A stretch of DNA of 64,000 nt from NCBI GenBank assembly GCA_937124965.1, contig CAKZLB010000013.1, positions 580,694 to 644,693 on the forward strand, given 5' to 3'. Below are positions 9,936-20,300 of the stretch, one piece after another. The notes beneath the pieces were generated by a model. It made no database searches. It saw nothing but the letters and a program-made list of their open reading frames with translations, and had not been told where the DNA came from. A program made the translations under genes and the position numbers. Source of the stretch: an uncultured Bacteroidota bacterium (lineage in GTDB: Bacteria; Bacteroidota; Bacteroidia; NS11-12g; UBA9320). How positions within the stretch are numbered: the first letter of the stretch is position 1; each line of letters begins with the position of its first letter.

Positions 9936-10703
9936 ATGGATTTTTTTAACGATAAACACGTCGAAGCGGCGAAGGATTTACTTTATAAAATGGCCGATGA
10001 TCAATTAATCATTGGTCACAGAAATAGCGAGTGGACAGGCCTTGGCCCAATTCTCGAAGAGGATATTGCTTTCAGTAGTATGGCGCAAGATAAATTAGGT
10101 CAAAGCGAACACCTGTATAATTTGTTGCATGAACTAGGAGAAGCTGACGCCGATACCGTGGCTTTCACTCGAAACGAAAACCAATTTCATTGCTGCCATT
10201 TGGTGGAGCTTCCCATTGGAGAATACGATTTTAGTTTGATGCGACACTTCTTGTTTGATATGGCAGAAGCTATTCGATTTGAAATGCTTATTGATTCGAG
10301 CTACGAAAATCTTGCTCGACTTGCTCGCAAGTTTAAAGGTGAAATAAAATACCATACAATGCATGCAAATACTTGGGTAAAACAACTAGCTCAGGGAAAT
10401 GAAGAAAGCAAAGCTCGTATGCAATCATCGCTGAACGAAACCTGGCCATTGGCACTTGGAATTTTTGAAGAAGGTAAATACGAGTCAGTGTTGAAAGACG
10501 CTGGAATTTTTGCTGGAGAAAAAGAACTTCAAGAAAAATGGTTGACTGAAGTAACAGCGCTATTAGCCGCTGCAGGACTTCAAATCCCTGAAAACGCAAC
10601 ACCTACGAATGGTGGTCGATATGGACAGCACACTGAACATTTGCAGCCATTGTTGGATGAAATGACTGAAGTGTATTCAATTGACCCAACTGCAGACTGG
10701 TAA
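9936..10703 (+). CDS. paaC: 1,2-phenylacetyl-CoA epoxidase subunit C
   Basis: 255 aa, ferritin-like. Position and size match PaaC. Motifs QLIIGHRNSEWTGLGPILEEDIAFSSMAQDKLGQ are typical of PaaC/PaaI-oxygenase subunits. Confidence 0.8.
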   Translation: MDFFNDKHVEAAKDLLYKMADDQLIIGHRNSEWTGLGPILEEDIAFSSMAQDKLGQSEHLYNLLHELGEADADTVAFTRNENQFHCCHLVELPIGEYDFSLMRHFLFDMAEAIRFEMLIDSSYENLARLARKFKGEIKYHTMHANTWVKQLAQGNEESKARMQSSLNETWPLALGIFEEGKYESVLKDAGIFAGEKELQEKWLTEVTALLAAAGLQIPENATPTNGGRYGQHTEHLQPLLDEMTEVYSIDPTADW

Positions 10704-10708
10704 GTTGT

Positions 10709-11215
10709 ATGGATAAAACCACCAAACAAAAAATATCAAAGGACGATGTTTACTCCTTCCTGAAAGAAGTAAAGGATCCAGAAATTCCACCAATCTCTAT
10801 AGTCGATTTAGGCATTGTTACCAACGTTGATGTGGACACACAGCAAAATGTTCATGTTGTACTTACTCCTACTTTTGCTGGTTGCCCTGCTTTAAAAATC
10901 ATGGAAGACCTGGTAAAAGAAAGACTTGAAAAAGAGCCGAACATAGGCAATGTAACTGTTGAAACGAGCTTTGAGGTAACATGGACCACCGATTTGATTA
11001 GTGAAGAAGGTCGAGAAGCTTTGTTAAAACATGGTTTGGCTCCTCCTAAACAAAACGTAGGATATATGGAACTAGATGTTCTTTCGGACACAGCATGTCC
11101 GTTTTGCGGAAGTCGTAACACGGATTTAAAAAGTCCATTTGGTCCTACACTTTGTCGAAGTTTACATTACTGCAAAAACTGTTTACAAGCTTTTGAAGGT
11201 TTCAAACCTGTATAG
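10709..11215 (+). CDS. paaD: 1,2-phenylacetyl-CoA epoxidase subunit D (MIP18/DUF59 domain plus C-terminal Cys cluster)
   Basis: N-terminal DUF59-like region (VYSFLKEVKDPEIPPISIVDLGIV) and C-terminal CPFCGS...CKNC cysteines. 168 aa. Follows paaC. Confidence 0.8.
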   Translation: MDKTTKQKISKDDVYSFLKEVKDPEIPPISIVDLGIVTNVDVDTQQNVHVVLTPTFAGCPALKIMEDLVKERLEKEPNIGNVTVETSFEVTWTTDLISEEGREALLKHGLAPPKQNVGYMELDVLSDTACPFCGSRNTDLKSPFGPTLCRSLHYCKNCLQAFEGFKPV

Positions 11216-11247
11216 GTTTCTATCACTTTTCAATTTAAATTTGATTT

Positions 11248-12627
11248 GTGGAATACGCTGTCGTTGATATTGAAACTACAGGAGCCTCTAACAAGGTTAC
11301 CGAAGTAGCAATTTATGTTTACGATGACGAGAAAAAGCAAATCATAGACGAGTATTCGAGCCTCGTCAACCCGGAACGCACAATACCTCCTTTTATAACG
11401 AAACTTACAGGTATTGATGATGACATGGTATCGACTGCCCCCCGCTTTTTTGAAATAGCAAAAGAAGTTCATCGAATAACTGAAAATCGCATTTTTGTAG
11501 CACATAATGTCAGTTTTGACTACAATGTAATACGAGGGGAATTCAAAGAATTAGGTGCTGATTTTCGTCGAAAAAAGGCGTGCACAGTTCGCTTAACTAG
11601 GAAACTTATTCCTGGATTAAAATCCTATAGTCTTGGTAAACTCTGTAAAGAACTAAACATCCCAATTTTTGATAGGCACAGGGCAACGGGGGATGCAAAA
11701 GCAACAACTATTTTACTCCAGATGTTGCTTGAGAAAAACCAAGACGCCGTAAAAACTGTTGCTCAAGGAAAAACGAAAGAAGGAAGTCTGCCTCCACACT
11801 TACCCAAAGAGACCTATGATAGATTGCCAGACCAAACTGGTGTTTATTATATGCATAACGAAGAGGGTAAGGTTATCTATGTTGGAAAATCAAAAGAGAT
11901 TAAAACCAGAATAAGCAGTCACTTCTCAGATAATTCCAACAAAAAGTTAGCCTTTAAAAATCAGATACACGACATTTCGTATCAAATTACTGGCTCTGAG
12001 TTTCTTGCCTTACTGATTGAAGCTGTGGAGATTAAAAATCATTTCCCTGAATTTAATCGCGCTCAGAAATATACCGGAACTGGTTATGCATTGTACAAAT
12101 ATGAAGACCAAAAAGGTGTTCTTCGAATGGATGTTGTTAAAAACAAGAAGTACTTAGACAAGCCAATTGCGTCATTTTCGAACACAACACGCGCTAAGAC
12201 ATTTTTAAGAGAGTTAGTGGAGCAGTTCAACCTTTGTTCTAAGATGACTGGACTGCAAACAACTAATGGAGCATGTTTTGATCACCAAGTTGGTCGGTGT
12301 AAAGGAATTTGCATAGGTAAAGAGGCACCCGCAGATTATAACATTCGAGTTAAAGCTGCAATAGAACAATTCACGCTACAATTAGGGACTTATCTAGTTT
12401 GGCTCAAAGGTCGAAATCGTGAAGAAAAAGCATATATTTATATTGAAAATGGTCTTTATAAGGGCTATGGCTTTATTGATGAATTAACTCAAACTAACGA
12501 CATATCAGAATTACTTGAAACGTTGATAGCACAAAAACATAATGTAGATATTCAGCATATCTTAAATGCTCAACTTCAAAAAATTCACCCTAAAAACATC
12601 ATACATTTTTCCAATTCACAGCAATGA
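11248..12627 (+). CDS. DnaQ-like 3'-5' exonuclease (DEDD) fused to a GIY-YIG (UvrC/Cho-like) nuclease domain
   Basis: GTG start. N-terminus VVDIETTG...HNVSFD...HRATGDA matches the epsilon-exonuclease motifs Exo I/II/III. Middle region YYMHNEEGKVIYVGKSKEIKTRISSHF is a GIY-YIG motif. Confidence 0.75.
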   Translation: MEYAVVDIETTGASNKVTEVAIYVYDDEKKQIIDEYSSLVNPERTIPPFITKLTGIDDDMVSTAPRFFEIAKEVHRITENRIFVAHNVSFDYNVIRGEFKELGADFRRKKACTVRLTRKLIPGLKSYSLGKLCKELNIPIFDRHRATGDAKATTILLQMLLEKNQDAVKTVAQGKTKEGSLPPHLPKETYDRLPDQTGVYYMHNEEGKVIYVGKSKEIKTRISSHFSDNSNKKLAFKNQIHDISYQITGSEFLALLIEAVEIKNHFPEFNRAQKYTGTGYALYKYEDQKGVLRMDVVKNKKYLDKPIASFSNTTRAKTFLRELVEQFNLCSKMTGLQTTNGACFDHQVGRCKGICIGKEAPADYNIRVKAAIEQFTLQLGTYLVWLKGRNREEKAYIYIENGLYKGYGFIDELTQTNDISELLETLIAQKHNVDIQHILNAQLQKIHPKNIIHFSNSQQ

Positions 12628-12681
12628 TGGAATAAACTGTACATACTCTTTGTCTAACAATCGACATATGGTATAAAACTA

Positions 12682-13245
12682 GTGAGTGACCAACAACATA
12701 TTGACAAGCAACACATTGATCAAGTGTTAGCAGGCAACACCGATGTGTTTGCAGAGATTGTTAATGCCTATAAAAACCAGGTTGCTGGAGTTTGTTTTAA
12801 TATGTTAAAAGACGCTCATTTAGCGGAAGAAGTTGGACAAGAAACGTTCATTCGATTATTCAAATCCTTGGCTCAATACAATTACAAAAGCACCTTAGGA
12901 ACATATATAACTCGAATTGCAATCAACCTATCCTTAAACAAACTTGACTCCATAAAAAGGCGCCAAAATCGGTTTCAAGAGCAAACAAAAACTCACCACT
13001 CCTTTGTTGCCAATGAAGATCGTGCTGACGTCAAAATGGAGAACGCTGAATTGGTTCAATTGGCCCTTAATAGTTTGAAACCGGAAGCCCGAAGTGTTGT
13101 AGTACTCAGAATGATTGAAGGTTACTCTGTTACGGAAACTTCTGAAATATTGGGAATAGCTGAAGGAACTGTAATGTCTAAGTTGAACAGAGCAATGAAA
13201 AAAATGAAAGAAACATTAAACAGAAACGAAAAGAACAATGGATAA
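12682..13245 (+). CDS. RNA polymerase ECF-type sigma-70 factor
   Basis: Sigma region 2 (VCFNMLKDAHLAEEVGQETFIRLFKS) and region 4 HTH (YSVTETSEILGIAEGTVMSKLNRAMKKMKE). 187 aa. Confidence 0.85.
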   Translation: MSDQQHIDKQHIDQVLAGNTDVFAEIVNAYKNQVAGVCFNMLKDAHLAEEVGQETFIRLFKSLAQYNYKSTLGTYITRIAINLSLNKLDSIKRRQNRFQEQTKTHHSFVANEDRADVKMENAELVQLALNSLKPEARSVVVLRMIEGYSVTETSEILGIAEGTVMSKLNRAMKKMKETLNRNEKNNG

Positions 13246-13537
13246 TTTAGAATACTTACTGTCAGAACAAAGCAAAATAAAACATTCGTTTAGCGAATCG
13301 TTTACTAGCGATGTTATGTCATCTGTGAAGAAACTAGTGCGCAAGGAGATTGTTGTATTAAAAATGTGGCAAAAACGGATGTTCCAAATAGCTGCTGCAT
13401 GTTTGGTTGCATGTTTGGTGTCAGTCTATGTATTAGATGGCACTATCTCTATCGATTCATTACTAGGACTTTCTGAATATAATGACATAGAGCTATCACA
13501 AACCTATAAGACCTACGAAACATGGGAAATAGAATAA
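13238..13537 (+). CDS. putative anti-sigma factor, small single-pass membrane protein
   Basis: Overlaps the sigma-factor stop by 8 nt. One hydrophobic helix (MFQIAAACLVACLVSVYVL). Typical sigma/anti-sigma coupling. Confidence 0.5.
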   Translation: MDNLEYLLSEQSKIKHSFSESFTSDVMSSVKKLVRKEIVVLKMWQKRMFQIAAACLVACLVSVYVLDGTISIDSLLGLSEYNDIELSQTYKTYETWEIE

Positions 13538-13550
13538 TAAAACAAATGAT

Positions 13551-13970
13551 ATGAAAACATCTATACGACTTATATCAATTGGTGCAATATGCCTACTCAT
13601 AGGTTTAGTTGTTGGATTTTTCGTTTCAGGTAGAATCACAAAAAAACGGATTCATCAGAAAATGGAAATGCAACGCCCACCGGCTTTCAAGCAAAAACTT
13701 TTAGACAAACTAGAACTAACAGATGTTCAAGAAGTGGCTTTTGAAAAAGCATTTGACAACCATATGGATCGGATGCGAAGTCTAGATGATGCCATGAAAA
13801 AAGAACGTGAAGCAGAATTTAAAAGCTTCTTTTCTGAGCTAAGAGAAGGAATGACGGAATCACAAAAAAAGGAAATAAACCAATTGGAACAGCGTTTATT
13901 AAAAAGAGGAGCCAGACCAAGAGGAAGACATCGACCAACTGATGGACATCCTCCACCAATGCCGGAATAA
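13551..13970 (+). CDS. membrane-anchored Spy/CpxP-like (LTxxQ motif) periplasmic protein
   Basis: N-terminal TM anchor. LTxxQ motif (LELTDVQEVAFEKAF). Helical K/E-rich region. Confidence 0.55.
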   Translation: MKTSIRLISIGAICLLIGLVVGFFVSGRITKKRIHQKMEMQRPPAFKQKLLDKLELTDVQEVAFEKAFDNHMDRMRSLDDAMKKEREAEFKSFFSELREGMTESQKKEINQLEQRLLKRGARPRGRHRPTDGHPPPMPE

Positions 13971-14011
13971 AGACATAAACGGATATGTCAAACTATTAAA
14001 TTTTATAACAA

Positions 14012-14815
14012 ATGAAAAAACTACAAACACTTGCACTACTATTCGTCCTAGGGACGAGTTTAGTATTGGCTCAAGGGCCAAGAGGTCACAAAAGAGGTGG
14101 CGGAGATATGATGAAAAAACATATTGAGCGCTTAGACTCGATCGTTGATTTGACCGACGACCAGAAAGCGAAAATAGAAGCCTTAAACGCTTCTATGAAG
14201 ACAAAAATGCAAGAAACGCGCGAATCCAAGGATCGTGAAGCGATGAAGGCAATCCGCGATCAACACAAAAAAGACATCGAAGCAATTTTGACCGATGATC
14301 AAGTAGCCCTTTTAAAAGCCTCGAAAGATGACCGCAAAGAAAACATGAAGTCAATGCGTTCAGAGTTAAAGACGTACAAGAAAGAAAACATTAAACCAGC
14401 TATGAAGCTCAAACGCGCGGAGTTTGATAACGAGCTAACTGATGATGAGAAGGCGACAATTGCATCCCTGCGTGCGGAAATGAAGGAACTGAAAAAATCT
14501 GCTAAAGCTGAAGGTGTAAAACATAAAAAAATGGATCCTGAGAAGCGCAAAGAGCATAAAGCAAAACTTGATGAAAAGTTGGGACCAATAGTTGCAGCTC
14601 ATAAAACAGAATTAGAAAAAGTTGAGTCTGATTTGGCTCCTTTGCGAGCGACGTGGCAAGCAGACACTAAAGCTATTAAAGAAAAATACGCTAAAAGTTG
14701 CGGTGGTGATTGTAAAGGTAAAAAAGGCAAACACAAAAAAGGCAGAAAAGGTAAAAAAGGCGACACAGCTGAATCGATGAAATACTACCGATTCCTTTTA
14801 ATGAAATCTGAATAA
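14012..14815 (+). CDS. secreted LTxxQ-repeat (Spy/CpxP family-like) protein with a poly-Lys/Gly C-terminal tail
   Basis: Signal peptide (MKKLQTLALLFVLGTSLVLAQ). Three LTDDQ/LTDDE repeats (LTDDQKAKIEAL, LTDDQVALLKA, LTDDEKATIASL). C-terminus KGKKGKHKKGRKGKKGD. Confidence 0.6.
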   Translation: MKKLQTLALLFVLGTSLVLAQGPRGHKRGGGDMMKKHIERLDSIVDLTDDQKAKIEALNASMKTKMQETRESKDREAMKAIRDQHKKDIEAILTDDQVALLKASKDDRKENMKSMRSELKTYKKENIKPAMKLKRAEFDNELTDDEKATIASLRAEMKELKKSAKAEGVKHKKMDPEKRKEHKAKLDEKLGPIVAAHKTELEKVESDLAPLRATWQADTKAIKEKYAKSCGGDCKGKKGKHKKGRKGKKGDTAESMKYYRFLLMKSE

Positions 14816-14837
14816 GTTGGCTTTCATACTTGTTCTA

Positions 14838-14870
14838 AACTCCTGGTCGAAAGACTGGGAGTTTTTTTTG
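14838..14870. terminator. Rho-independent terminator between convergent genes, probably bidirectional
   Basis: Hairpin ctcctggtc-gaaa-gactgggag followed by T8 (gttttttttg). The same sequence serves as lysS terminator on the minus strand, with an A/T run on that side. Confidence 0.6.
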
Positions 14871-14873
14871 TGA

Positions 14874-16589
14874 TTACCCCAACCAAGTCTCAACATCCTG
14901 AGGACTAAGGGCCTTAATTTCAAGTTTCTTCTTTTTGCGGTAACCGTTTAATGTTTGTGATAATTTCCCAGCATTATCCTCCTTGCGAAGGATATTAACA
15001 GTAATGAATCCCATTTCTTTCAGGTGATCCACCCATTCTTCTGGCACCCCAATAGCGGTAAACTTATCATTCGAATCTGGCTGAGTAACCTTCTCTGGTC
15101 TCATTTGAGGGAAAAACAAGACTTCCTGAATGCTTTCATTGTTCGTTAGTAACATTACCAAACGGTCAATACCAATTCCAATTCCTGAAGTTGGCGGCAT
15201 CCCGTATTCTAAGGCGCGCAAGAAGTCTTGATCCAAGAACATCCCTTCATCATCACCCCGTTCTAATAACTTTACTTGATCTTCAAATCGCTCACGTTGA
15301 TCAATTGGATCATTTAACTCACTATAGCAATTCGCCATTTCTTTCTTGTTTATAATAAGCTCAAATCGCTCAGTCAACGCAGGATTATCTCTGTGTTTCT
15401 TTGTTAGTGGGCTCATTTCAACTGGGTAATCCATTAAGAATGTAGGCTGAATTAAATGATGTTCACACTTCTCCCCAAATATTTCGTCAATCAACTTACC
15501 AAGACCCATGGTCTCGTCAACAGGCACATGCAATTCCTTTGCAATTGCACGAACTTCGTCCTCCGATTTTCCCGTTAAATCATGACCCGTATATCTTTTA
15601 ATTCCTTCAAAAATTGGAAGTCTTTCAAATGGTTTTGAAAAATCTATTTCTACGTCGCCGAATCTTAAAACCTCACTACCTGTCACTTCCAAACAAATCG
15701 AACGAAGCATTTCCTCGGTCGTATTCATCATCCATTTGTAGTCCTTGTATGCAACATACAACTCCATCTGAGTAAACTCTGGGTTGTGCGTTTTGTCCAT
15801 TCCTTCGTTTCTAAAGTCTTTGGCAAATTCAAAGACGCCTTCAAAACCACCAACAATTAATCTTTTTAGGTATAACTCATTGGCAATACGCAAATACAAT
15901 GGAATGTCCAAAGCATTATGATGCGTAATGAACGGTCGCGCGGCCGCGCCTCCTGGTATCGATTGCAAAATGGGCGTTTCAACTTCTAAATAACCTTTAT
16001 TCTCCAGAAAATTTCGCATCGAACGAATCGTCTTTGTACGCGCGATAAACGTTTGCTTCACTTTTGGGTTTACCAAAAGATCAACATACCTCATTCTATA
16101 TCTTGCTTCTGGATCTGTAAAGGCGTCGAATGTTTTTCCATCCACTTCTTTTGGCATTGGTAGTGGGTTTAAAGACTTACATAAAATTGTATAACTCTTT
16201 ACATGTATGGATGTTTCCCCTGTTTGGGTTTTAAACATATGACCTTTAACGCCAATGATATCTCCAATGTCTAACAACTTTTTAAAAACGTCGTTATAGT
16301 AAGTTTTGTCTTCAGTTGGACAAATTTCATCGCGATTAAGATAAATCTGAATTCGACCTACTTCATCTTGCAAAACCGCAAAACTTGCTTTCCCTTGTAT
16401 TCGTCGAACCATGATACGTCCAGCAAATGACACCTCCAGGTGTTCTTCTGGGGATTCGTCAAATTGAGCTTTTAGCTGTTTTGACGTTCCAGTAATTGGA
16501 AATTCTTCAGGTGGATAAGGATCAATTCCTAACGCTCTTAATTTTGTGAGTGATTCACGACGTTGAAGCTGTTGTTCGTTTAGGGCCAT
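14874..16589 (-). CDS. lysS: lysine--tRNA ligase, class II, with a Bacteroidetes-type C-terminal extension
   Basis: Anticodon-binding OB fold plus class II motifs (…[28 protein letters not shown]…, …[14 protein letters not shown]…). 571 aa with a ~70-aa Lys-rich C-terminal tail. Confidence 0.9.
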   Translation of the reverse strand: MALNEQQLQRRESLTKLRALGIDPYPPEEFPITGTSKQLKAQFDESPEEHLEVSFAGRIMVRRIQGKASFAVLQDEVGRIQIYLNRDEICPTEDKTYYNDVFKKLLDIGDIIGVKGHMFKTQTGETSIHVKSYTILCKSLNPLPMPKEVDGKTFDAFTDPEARYRMRYVDLLVNPKVKQTFIARTKTIRSMRNFLENKGYLEVETPILQSIPGGAAARPFITHHNALDIPLYLRIANELYLKRLIVGGFEGVFEFAKDFRNEGMDKTHNPEFTQMELYVAYKDYKWMMNTTEEMLRSICLEVTGSEVLRFGDVEIDFSKPFERLPIFEGIKRYTGHDLTGKSEDEVRAIAKELHVPVDETMGLGKLIDEIFGEKCEHHLIQPTFLMDYPVEMSPLTKKHRDNPALTERFELIINKKEMANCYSELNDPIDQRERFEDQVKLLERGDDEGMFLDQDFLRALEYGMPPTSGIGIGIDRLVMLLTNNESIQEVLFFPQMRPEKVTQPDSNDKFTAIGVPEEWVDHLKEMGFITVNILRKEDNAGKLSQTLNGYRKKKKLEIKALSPQDVETWLG

Positions 16590-17254
16590 TACGCAAAAAT
16601 TTCCGCGAATATACTTGAAACCTAAGTTCGATTAATATTTGTGAACACGGTTTATTCTTGGGTCCATTTCATATCCTTGATCGTGACACAAAAAACACCC
16701 AAATAGATCGTTTCCAAACCGAGAAATTCTTTATCTCAGAATAGTTTAAATTGCTTCTGCACTTTCATACAAGTACTAATAAAATTTGGCTTTGGTCAAA
16801 CCTAATGTCCCGTTCTTTTTGCATAGGGTTTATCACTTCTCCAATAGTCGTGCGCATCACGCCCGTAATGACAGAAGCGCAAGTATTCCTGTCTGGTCAT
16901 TGATTAACGGCTGAAGCAAGAATATCCATCAACAATGCGAAGTGCGGGCGGCCAAAAATAATCGGCGATGTGTGATGGCGGGTTTTGGTGGCCAAGGTGA
17001 GGCGGAGGGATTGTGTGCATCAAAACGAAGGGCATTATTATTTTTATGTTTTTCTTGTTTCGTTCTTTTTTCAAAAAAAGAATGAAAACCAGAGTTATAT
17101 AATAGAAAATTAAAGGTTTCAGATTGATGTTTAGTGCCTTCGTGCATAAACTATTTGAGATATTAAATCCGAACTTGGTGTAACTTTACGGTGAAGCATT
17201 TAATTTATAATAAAGTCCTACTACATATTCTGGGTTGAATAAAAAAGGTTTTAC

Positions 17255-17300
17255 ATCAAAGCAACGTATTGTAAATCAATAGTATCTTAACTTTGTTATT
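17255..17300 (+). promoter_or_regulatory. candidate Bacteroidetes sigma-A promoter (-33 TTG / -7 TAnnTTTG)
   Basis: TAACTTTG at 17288..17295 with a TTG about 20 bp upstream (tattgtaaatc). Lies just upstream of the probable start codon at 17308. Confidence 0.4.
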
Positions 17301-17307
17301 CATGCAG

Positions 17308-20300
17308 ATGAAGCACTTCATTCGATGGTTGATATTAGCTTGGACATTTACGGCGTTCGTTGTGAGTAGCTTTGCGGTATCGACGCATAATGATGACCCT
17401 GATAATGCTTATTTGTTTGAGGAAAACAAGGGTCAATTTCACCCAAACGTTCTTTACCGTTGTCGATTGCCAAATGGATATTTATTTCTTGAACGAGGAG
17501 GTTTTACCTACTTATTTGAAAATCAAAAAGATAAAGCGGAGTTAATGCATTTAATGCATGAACATAGTTTCATGGGTCCAAATCCGATTATTACTCAAAG
17601 AGCGCATAGCATTAAAGTACAATTTGTTGACGCTGACACCAACGGTCCAGCTTTAGGTTTTGATACTGTATCATATTACCACAACTATTTTGTAGGATCT
17701 GACCGTTCCAAATGGAGCTCGAACGTTAGACTGTATAAACACATTCTTTACACAGAACTGTATGACAACGTGATGTTGGACTTTTACACAGATTCAAATG
17801 GTGTGTTGAAGTACGATTGGCGAGTCCTTGCAAATGGAGACCCTTCAAGTATAAAATTGAAAATTACAGGAGCTGACAAACTGGAGATTCAAAATGATAG
17901 CTTGTTAGTTCATACGACCTGTGGCTTATTAAAAGAGTCTCCTCCAATTATTGACCAACCACGCCCTGGTTCAGAAGAATTACTTGCATCTGCAAACAGC
18001 CCAAAGTGTCGATTTAGTCTAGAAGAAAATATTCTTACATATGACGTTTATGGCTATCCTGAATGGACAGATAATCCAGACATGAAAGGTGGTTTCACCA
18101 TAGATCCTGCGTTGATTTTTTCAACCTATTCTGGATCAAGAGGTGACAATTTTGGGTTTACTGCGACTTATGATTCGAAAAGTAATCTTTATGCTGGAGG
18201 AATCACGGATGGAAACCAAGGAAATTACCCAGTCACAGCTGGTGCCATTCAAACGGATTATGGTGGTGGTGGAACAGGATTGCCAGAAGCAGGACTTCCA
18301 TGTGATATAACAATTAGCAAGTATGATTCTGCAGGTACAACCTTGTTATGGGCGACTTATGTGGGTGGTTTTAACGATGAGTATCCTCATAGCTTGGTCG
18401 TTAATCAAGATGATGATTTATATATACTGGGAACTACCTACTCGGAGGATTATCCAACATCCTTGAACGGTTTTGATACTTCTTTTAACGGCTCCGTCGA
18501 TATCGTAATTACAAAAATTTCGGAAGACGGAACAGTACTAATGGGGTCTACGTACATCGGTGGTTCTGACGTTGATGGATTAAATTCAAACTCTACATTA
18601 CGCTACAATTACGCGGATGACTTTCGTGGAGATATAATTCCAGATGAAACGAAAGACATCTTTGTAGCCAGTTGCACAAGGTCGCCAGACTTCCCAATGG
18701 TGGAACCTGTGGACAGCGTTCAAAAATTTCAAGAAGGGTGCTTGTTGCAATTAAATTCAGATTTAACCGACTTAAAGTGGTCTACCTTTTTAGGTGGAGG
18801 GGCCCAAGACGCTTTATACAGTATTAAAGTCGATGTTGATAGTATGGTTTATGTTGGAGGGGGAACTTCAAGTACAGACATCGAGACAACCGATGATGCC
18901 ATCGTTTCGGATTACCTTGGTAAGGTAGATGGTTACGTTGCGGCACTAAATCGTAAAACAAAAAAAATAGTCGATCTCTCTTATTGGGGGACCGCACAAT
19001 ACGATCAAATATATTTTATCGATTTAAATGAAAAAGGTGAATTATTTGTTGCAGGACAAACAACAGGAAACATTAACCCTTCGAACGCAACCATTTATGG
19101 AGAAGCAAACAAAGGACAGTTTATTGCCAAATTAGATGTTGAACTAGAAACCATAAAATGGCAAACGTCGTTTGGTGTAAGGGATAATGCAATCGATATA
19201 TCACCCAGTGCTTTTTTAGTAGATAATTGTGAGCATATATATATGAGTGGTTGGGGCAGCAGTGTTCGACCAGATTTAAATCCAGGATCTACTGTGGGTT
19301 TAGAAACATCGGCAAATGCCGTTCAAAAAACTACAGACGGTAATGATTTCTATCTCATCGTCTTAGACAAAGAAGCACAGAGCCTATTGTATGCGACGTA
19401 TTTTGGCGGAGATACGAGTGGCGATCATGTAGATGGTGGAACAAGTCGCTTTGACAAAAAGGGAGTGGTTTATCAATCAGTATGTTCAAGTTGCCCGGAT
19501 GGGTTTGATCCAGGTCATCAAGATTTTCCTGTAACAGCAGATGCCGCTTTTACAAAAAACTTAAGCCCTAGATGCAGCAATGCCAGTTTTAAAATTGATC
19601 TACAAATTAAAAGCGATGTAGACGCCTATTTTATTCCAGATCCAATAATTGGTTGTCAACCCGTACTAGTAAATTTTGATAACAGAAGTGATATTGCAGA
19701 AAAATTCTATTGGGATTTCGGCGATGGTGCGTTAGACTCAACAACGTTGAATCCAGCACACACCTATTCAGAGCCAGGAACATATGAAGTAACTCTAACG
19801 GTTATTGATTCCAACTCGTGCAACATCTCCGATGTTTTTAGAAGAACTATTGAGGTGGTTGAAAAATCAACCCCAGCCTTTGACTTCACATTAGATCCAT
19901 GTACGTTTGATGCAGAAATTAAACTTACATCGTCCGCTATGTCCGTTTTGTGGAAAATTAGCGATGGCACCACAGAAACTAAAGATAAATTTAAGCGAAC
20001 CTTTGCTCCTTCTTCTGTTAATATGGTGACGCTATATGTAGACTTAGGAACTCCTTGTGCCGATTCAATTACCAAAGAAATAAACACATCTGATTTAACG
20101 GAACGTGATGTGACTCAATACAACGTCTTTACGCCAAATGACGATGGTTTGAACGATACCTATTGCGTCGACGGGTTGCTTGACGGTTGTGACGAATTTC
20201 GATTATGGATTTATAACCGCTGGGGAGAGTTAGTCTTTGAAACGGATAAAATCGACGATTGCTGGAATGGTAACATTGATGCTTCTGGTAATCCGTATCC

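Noticed and set aside
16929-17147. 72-aa ORF in the lysS-downstream intergenic region
   Set aside because: His/Lys/Asn-rich low-complexity translation with no start context. The GC-rich patch is noted as a possible ncRNA instead.
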